Origin: Candidatus Latescibacterota bacterium
GTDB taxonomy: Bacteria > Latescibacterota > UBA2968
Reading direction: 5' to 3'
Assembly: GCA_965205975.1 (NCBI GenBank)
Contig: OZ242195.1
Coordinates: 480,001-544,000, forward strand
Length of the DNA: 64,000 nt
Position numbers and translations under genes: made by a program. The notes under the pieces were generated by a model. That model ran no database searches. It saw nothing but the letters and a program-made list of their open reading frames with translations, and was not told where the DNA came from. Positions 58,721 through 64,000 of this stretch are shown piece by piece; within the stretch, counting starts at the first letter, position 1, and every line of letters begins with the position of its first letter.

Positions 58721-59326
58721 ATGAACCTCGATCCCGCTGCCGTCTCACTGAAAAAAAACGGCGATAAAATCGAAGCTCTTATCCACGGACAGACCACATT
58801 TGTCGATCGCCTTGCCCGCGCGTTTCCCCACAGCAATCCCGACCAATTTGTCAGCTTGATGGACGAATTGGGGCACGAAATTGGCATTATTGAAAATCCA
58901 AAAAAACTCGACGATGCTTCGCGAAATTTGCTCGAAGCCGAACTCAAAGCCATCTATTTTGTCCCGGCTATCAGCGCTATAACGTCCGTCGTATCCAAAG
59001 GTACGGGCAGTCAGTGGACTGTTGATACCGACGATGGCGAATATACTTTCCGCATTCTGGGACGAGACGCACTCAAGGGCAATGAACCGCCTGCAGTTGA
59101 AATTACAGATGAACACGGCAAGCGATACAGAATTGACAATTACTGGGATCTCGATGCGGAAAGCCGAGATCTGACCTCCGACCTGCTGCCCGATAAAGTT
59201 GTCAAGGCGCGCTATTACACCCGATCGATCTCGAGTAGTAGAAGTGGCAAAAGTAGAGGTTCGAGCAGTCGCGGTAGTAGTAGTGGCGGTAGTAGTGGCA
59301 TGGGCGGATCGATTGGCATACGATGA
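58721..59326 (+). CDS. DUF1854-like protein with Ser/Gly-rich tail
   Basis: RAFP.S.P..FVSL.D..G.EIG, YFVP.I, W.V.TD.G. Confidence 0.7.
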   Translation: MNLDPAAVSLKKNGDKIEALIHGQTTFVDRLARAFPHSNPDQFVSLMDELGHEIGIIENPKKLDDASRNLLEAELKAIYFVPAISAITSVVSKGTGSQWTVDTDDGEYTFRILGRDALKGNEPPAVEITDEHGKRYRIDNYWDLDAESRDLTSDLLPDKVVKARYYTRSISSSRSGKSRGSSSRGSSSGGSSGMGGSIGIR

Positions 59327-59330
59327 TCCG

Positions 59331-60500
59331 CTACCGCACGCCTAACATCAATTCGGCCAGCAATTGATCCAGACGCTCATAGCCCAATCCAATGCGTCCC
59401 ATTGCATCGATGTCAAATTGCACTTGTTTGAGTGTTTGCGATTTTTCCCGGCTGTATTTGCCCAGATGCTGTTCGTATTCGGGGTTCTGGTTTCCAATTT
59501 CTTTCAAGATTCCCTGAATTTCGGCATCTGCTTCAAATTGTGCCGCTTTATCCCTTAAGATATTGTACGTACGCATACACCCTGCGGCAAAATCCCATAC
59601 CCCTTCTTCGTCTTCTGTGCGAAATGCGTGTGCGTCGAAGTGTTTCGGGCCCGCATAACCGTTGTTTTCGAGCAAGCGCACGAGCAAAAAGGCACTTTTG
59701 TAATCTTCTGAGCCAAACCGGAAATCTTGATCATAGCGACCAAAACGCTGGTCGTTTAAGTCGATATGGAAGAGTTTGCCCGCTTCGAGCGCTTGCGCTA
59801 CGCCGTGGTGGAAATTTAACCCCGCCATGTGTTCGTGTGCAACTTCCGGGTTGACGCCCACCATCTCGGGGTAATCCAGTGTTTCGATAAACGCCAGATA
59901 ATGCCCGGTTGTGGGAAAGTACATATCGGCACGCGGTTCATTGGGTTTGGCTTCGAGCGCGAAATTCAAATCGTATTTCTGGTCGCGCACGTAATCACAC
60001 AAATAATTTAAGCCATCGCGGTAGCGTTTGAGGGCGTCAATGGGATCTTTCGCCACATTGCATTCGGCGCCTTCGCGTCCGCCCCAAAATACATAGGTTT
60101 TTGCACCCAATTCGACGCCTAAATCAATGGCTTGCATAATTTTTTGCAAGCCATAAGCGCGAATTTTGGGATCGTTGGACGTAAAGCCCCCATCCTTAAA
60201 TACGGGATGAGAAAATGTATTGGTGGTTGCCATGGGCACGACCATATCGCAATCTTTTAGGGCGTTTTTGAAATCGCTTACGATTTTATCGCGCTGCTGT
60301 GGTGTGGCGTCGATTGGCACGAGGTCGTTATCGTGCAGGTTAATGCCCCACGCGCCCAGTTCGCTCAATCGTTGCACAATCCGCTCGGGCGCAAGTGCTT
60401 GGCGCGTTGGGTCGCCAAAGGGGTCGCGTCCGGGATTTCCCACTGTCCACAAACCAAATGAAAATTTATCTTCTTTTATGGGCGTGTATGCATCGGCCAT
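59331..60500 (-). CDS. xylA: Xylose isomerase (class I)
   Basis: [44 protein letters not shown]. Confidence 0.96.
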   Translation of the reverse strand: MADAYTPIKEDKFSFGLWTVGNPGRDPFGDPTRQALAPERIVQRLSELGAWGINLHDNDLVPIDATPQQRDKIVSDFKNALKDCDMVVPMATTNTFSHPVFKDGGFTSNDPKIRAYGLQKIMQAIDLGVELGAKTYVFWGGREGAECNVAKDPIDALKRYRDGLNYLCDYVRDQKYDLNFALEAKPNEPRADMYFPTTGHYLAFIETLDYPEMVGVNPEVAHEHMAGLNFHHGVAQALEAGKLFHIDLNDQRFGRYDQDFRFGSEDYKSAFLLVRLLENNGYAGPKHFDAHAFRTEDEEGVWDFAAGCMRTYNILRDKAAQFEADAEIQGILKEIGNQNPEYEQHLGKYSREKSQTLKQVQFDIDAMGRIGLGYERLDQLLAELMLGVR

Positions 60501-60640
60501 TGGACCTCCTCAAATACATTAGAATGTGATAAGGTTATATAGCCCGTTGAGGGCGAGGCTGTAAATACTCGGCGTGCAAAATATCATGGCACGGTCTGGC
60601 TGTCAATGGACAATTCCACAACTCATCGGGAGCAAGTATA

Positions 60641-61876
60641 ATGATTATCCGCGATCCCGTTCACGGCGATATGTCCTTTAATGAATCCGAGCGCCGGGTT
60701 ATGGACACGCGACAAATGCAACGCCTGCGCGGCGTGCGCCAAACAGGATCGGCATATCTGGTTTATCCCGGTTGCGTACACACGCGATTTGAACACTCGC
60801 TGGGTACAACGGCGATGTCGCGTCGCGTGCTCGATGTCTTGAGACGTAGTGGCGCGCAAATCGTTCCCGAGCAGGCCGATGCAGTCGCACTGGCCGCGCT
60901 GGTTCACGATATCTCGCACTTGCCTTTTGGACATACTTTTGAAGATGAACGCAAGCTGTTCCCTCGCCACGATACAGCTACCCGCATGAAATATTTCTTA
61001 ACGCAAACAGAAATCGCGCAAGCACTCGATGCTTCGGGCCTGCGCGATACAGTGGTTTCTCTGCTTACGGATAAATCGTTTTCACCGGCGTGGATGCAGC
61101 AGATCGTGTCCAGCACCATCGATGCCGACTTGCTCGATTATTTGCGTCGCGATGCGTATTTTGCAGGCCTGCGTCAGGATTATGACGACCGAATTTTTAG
61201 CACCTTTATGCTTGCCGATGGAAATCTTGCGATTGATGTGACCCGTCTCAGTACGCGCACCGAGTTGCTGCATTTGCTGCGGTTGCGCTATTTCCTCACC
61301 GAGCGCGTTTATTATCATCACGCCAAAGTGTCATCGGGTGCTATGATCGCCAAAGCCGTCGAGATCGCCACAGAACACGGTCTTGCCGAAACCGATCTCT
61401 ATACCCTGACGGATGACGCTCTGTTTCGCCATTTGCTCGGCTATGAAGACCCGCGTATTGACCGTTTGATCAATGGCGTTTGCGAACGGCGGTTGCTCAA
61501 ACGCGCCTATATGATTTCGACTGCCGAAGTGGGGCGTCGAGGGCGCGATGAGTTGATCGCCACTTACAGTAGATCTGTCGAGAGTAGGCAGCAGATTGAG
61601 CGACAAATCGCCGATGCTGTGACCATCAATCCCGATCAGGTTATTCTCTATTGTCCAGATATCTCGGCCATTAAAGAAGCGCGCGTGCGCGTTGTCACGC
61701 GCAATGGCTTGAGCCGTCTGAACGATCCGCCAGACAATCCGCCTTTTGATGTAAAGGTCGTGGAAGATCAGTATGAACGGCTCTGGAAATTCTACATTTT
61801 TGCTCCCGAAGGTTATAGGGAGCGCGTTGGACAGGTGTGCGCGCGCTTCTTTGGCGAACCAAACGCGCTGATATAA
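60641..61876 (+). CDS. HD-domain phosphohydrolase (SAMHD1/dGTPase-like)
   Basis: IRDPVHG, QRLR..Q, HTRFEHSLG, HDISHLPFGH, DADLLDYLRRD, VYYH. Confidence 0.9.
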   Translation: MIIRDPVHGDMSFNESERRVMDTRQMQRLRGVRQTGSAYLVYPGCVHTRFEHSLGTTAMSRRVLDVLRRSGAQIVPEQADAVALAALVHDISHLPFGHTFEDERKLFPRHDTATRMKYFLTQTEIAQALDASGLRDTVVSLLTDKSFSPAWMQQIVSSTIDADLLDYLRRDAYFAGLRQDYDDRIFSTFMLADGNLAIDVTRLSTRTELLHLLRLRYFLTERVYYHHAKVSSGAMIAKAVEIATEHGLAETDLYTLTDDALFRHLLGYEDPRIDRLINGVCERRLLKRAYMISTAEVGRRGRDELIATYSRSVESRQQIERQIADAVTINPDQVILYCPDISAIKEARVRVVTRNGLSRLNDPPDNPPFDVKVVEDQYERLWKFYIFAPEGYRERVGQVCARFFGEPNALI

Positions 61877-61882
61877 CGATCT

Positions 61883-62392
61883 TTATTGAGACCGCTGTGA
61901 TCGGTGTTTGACGCGATCAAATAACGGCATATCTGCTCGTCCAGCGCCCTCCATCTTCTTGTGGCATGAAGGGCACAGGCTGATTAGATTGCTCAGTTTA
62001 TTGGCCTCTTTTGGCGAGTCGAAAAGTCGGTACGGTATTTTGTGGTGTACATCCATCTGCCGTCCGAGTGCGTCTTCTGTAATCCCGCAAGACGCGCAAC
62101 AAAATCCATCGCGTGCGCGCGCCTTGTCTGCCTGAATTTTCCAATTTCCCCCGCGATACTCTGGACGGCCTTCCAGTACGAGTTCAAAAGCCTCATCAGA
62201 TTCCCAATGGGTTCTGCACTCGTTGCTGCAGAATTGGGAGCGGATGCCCTTTTCAGCATACCAGCGCGGTTGGGAAAATCGCTTGTCGCATTGCATACAT
62301 CGCACGGTGATATCGTCTTCGCGCCGAACTTTTTGTTCTTCTTCAAACGACAGGCGCATTTGCGGTGATGATAGATAATTTTTTTTGTTCAT
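61883..62392 (-). CDS. HNH endonuclease with N-terminal Zn finger
   Basis: CMQC..FCSNEC; RDGFCCASCG..DVHHK..N..NL..LCPSCH. Confidence 0.85.
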   Translation of the reverse strand: MNKKNYLSSPQMRLSFEEEQKVRREDDITVRCMQCDKRFSQPRWYAEKGIRSQFCSNECRTHWESDEAFELVLEGRPEYRGGNWKIQADKARARDGFCCASCGITEDALGRQMDVHHKIPYRLFDSPKEANKLSNLISLCPSCHKKMEGAGRADMPLFDRVKHRSQRSQ

Positions 62393-62564
62393 CGTTTTAA
62401 AACCTCACACATCAATAGCGCACTCGATTAGTCCAAATATAGGTTGGAATAAATCACAAGTCCATAGAATGTTGTGTAGAGGTATTGTGCTTCAACGTAA
62501 AGATTGGATATTGTATCTGAATTTATTATAATAATTCGCACTGACAACTGAACAGGAGAATCTC

Positions 62565-64000
62565 GTGTTTAAGAATTATATCACAATCGCGATCCGCAAT
62601 TTTTTTGGGCAAAAGACCCATTCTATAATCAATATTGCGGGTCTTTCCGTGGGCCTGACCTGTAGTTTTTTAATTTTTATGTGGATTGCCCACGAACTCA
62701 GCTACAATCAATTCCATGTGGATGGCGACCGGATCTACCGCTTTATGCGGCATCATCACGGCATGAATAAGATCTCGACGTTGTCTTCTATCCCGCAGCC
62801 GAGTGCCAAATTGCTGGAAGAGCGATATCCAGAGGTTACCGGGACCGTGCTTGTGACCTGGACTCAGCCCATGCTTTTGACACAGGGGAAACAGACTTTT
62901 CGGGAGCGCGGATATCACGCTGGACCGGCCTTTTTTAAGATTTTCACCTTTCCCCTCATCCTGGGCGATCCCGAAACCGCGCTTTCGGAACCGAATAACA
63001 TCGCTATCTCAGAGCGATTGGCTGAGAAGTATTTCGGAGAGAATTGGAGAAGTACTGCGATGGGGCAGATATTTGTGGTGAATAGTACGCACGCGTTGAT
63101 GCAATACGATAACAAAAGTTTTAAGGTGGCCGGGGTTTATGAAAACATGCCCGTAAATTCGACGCAGAGATATGACTGTATTTTGCCAATGGCATCTTAT
63201 TTGGCCAATAAACGCGGTTTTTCTCAGTGGACGGTAAATCACCTTCGGCTATACGTTCAGTTGCAAAAGGATGTCAATATCGATCAATTCAATGCCAAGA
63301 TTAAAAATATTATTAAAGAGAATGATAAGACGGTTACAAGCGATGCTTTTTTACAGCCCTATCTGGATATTCATCTGTATTCCGACTACAGGAATGGCAA
63401 GCTGGTTGGTGGTCGGATTGACTATGTGCGGATGTTTATTGTCGTGGCCGTGTTCATCATTTTGATTGCGAGTATCAACTTTATGAATTTATCGACTGCG
63501 CGTTCTACGCAACGCGCCCGGGAAATTGGGATTCGCAAGGCTGTTGGGGCGCATAAAACCATTCTGATTGGGCAGTTTATGGGAGAATCTCTCATGATGA
63601 CCATGTTCGCTGCAATTCTGGCACTGATCATGGTCATTTTGGTTTTGCCGTCGTTTAGCGATTTGATTAATCAGACGCTCACGACCGATCTTTTCAGTAT
63701 TGAGATTCTTCTGATTTTTTTTGGTATTGCGATTGTAACCGGTTTGCTCGCGGGAAGCTATCCCGCTTTTTTCCTGTCCAATTTTAATCCCGTCGTTGTT
63801 TTGCACGGTACTTTTACACCGGGGTCGGGTTCGAGTCAGTTGCGCCGGGTGCTGGTGGTGTTCCAATTCGGTCTTTCTATTTTGCTCATTATCGGCACGC
63901 TGACGGTTTATGAGCAGATTGCGTATATGCGAAATAAAGATCTGGGGATTGACCGCGATAATCTGGTGTATATACGGTTGGAAGGTGCAGCTAAGAGGCA
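62565..64000 (+). CDS. MacB/FtsX-family ABC permease, partial (runs off the window)
   Basis: GTG start with AGGAG RBS: (M)FKNYITIAIRN...INIAGLSVG...INFMNLSTARS..RAREIGIRKAVGA...LVVFQF. Confidence 0.9.
   Translation, partial: MFKNYITIAIRNFFGQKTHSIINIAGLSVGLTCSFLIFMWIAHELSYNQFHVDGDRIYRFMRHHHGMNKISTLSSIPQPSAKLLEERYPEVTGTVLVTWTQPMLLTQGKQTFRERGYHAGPAFFKIFTFPLILGDPETALSEPNNIAISERLAEKYFGENWRSTAMGQIFVVNSTHALMQYDNKSFKVAGVYENMPVNSTQRYDCILPMASYLANKRGFSQWTVNHLRLYVQLQKDVNIDQFNAKIKNIIKENDKTVTSDAFLQPYLDIHLYSDYRNGKLVGGRIDYVRMFIVVAVFIILIASINFMNLSTARSTQRAREIGIRKAVGAHKTILIGQFMGESLMMTMFAAILALIMVILVLPSFSDLINQTLTTDLFSIEILLIFFGIAIVTGLLAGSYPAFFLSNFNPVVVLHGTFTPGSGSSQLRRVLVVFQFGLSILLIIGTLTVYEQIAYMRNKDLGIDRDNLVYIRLEGAAKR

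Noticed and set aside
60641..62392. HD hydrolase + HNH as a defence pair
   Set aside because: Genes are convergent rather than operonic, and nothing else links them.

Overview
Gene-dense bacterial chromosomal window with about 55 CDSs and one tRNA-Lys(UUU). No rRNA or CRISPR array was seen. Core and metabolic genes include sthA, ettA, parAB, ppdK, cysH, a cysM-mec-cysO-rrf2-cysK sulfur-carrier cysteine cluster, rpsT and xylA. Accessory material includes a stand-alone TnpB (IS200/IS605-type) element, a split ABC-ATPase + TOPRIM-fold pair, a decayed DUF433/DUF5615 toxin-antitoxin pair, REP/MITE-like palindromes and short tandem repeats. The most striking region is an ~8.2 kb block between cysH and the cysM cluster. 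It carries a translationally coupled five-gene operon: dynamin-like GTPase, helical membrane protein, 1051-aa HerA/DUF87-type ATPase with a glycine-zipper insert, PD-(D/E)XK-like nuclease and an immunity-like protein. This is a candidate undescribed conflict system (toxin delivery or defence). Other candidates are a divergent MotA/ExbB + ExbD-like pair with a membrane-anchored exported partner, and a BlaI / M56-DUF4837 / TonB module with a visible palindromic operator. All family assignments come from recognising motifs by eye; no database searches were run.
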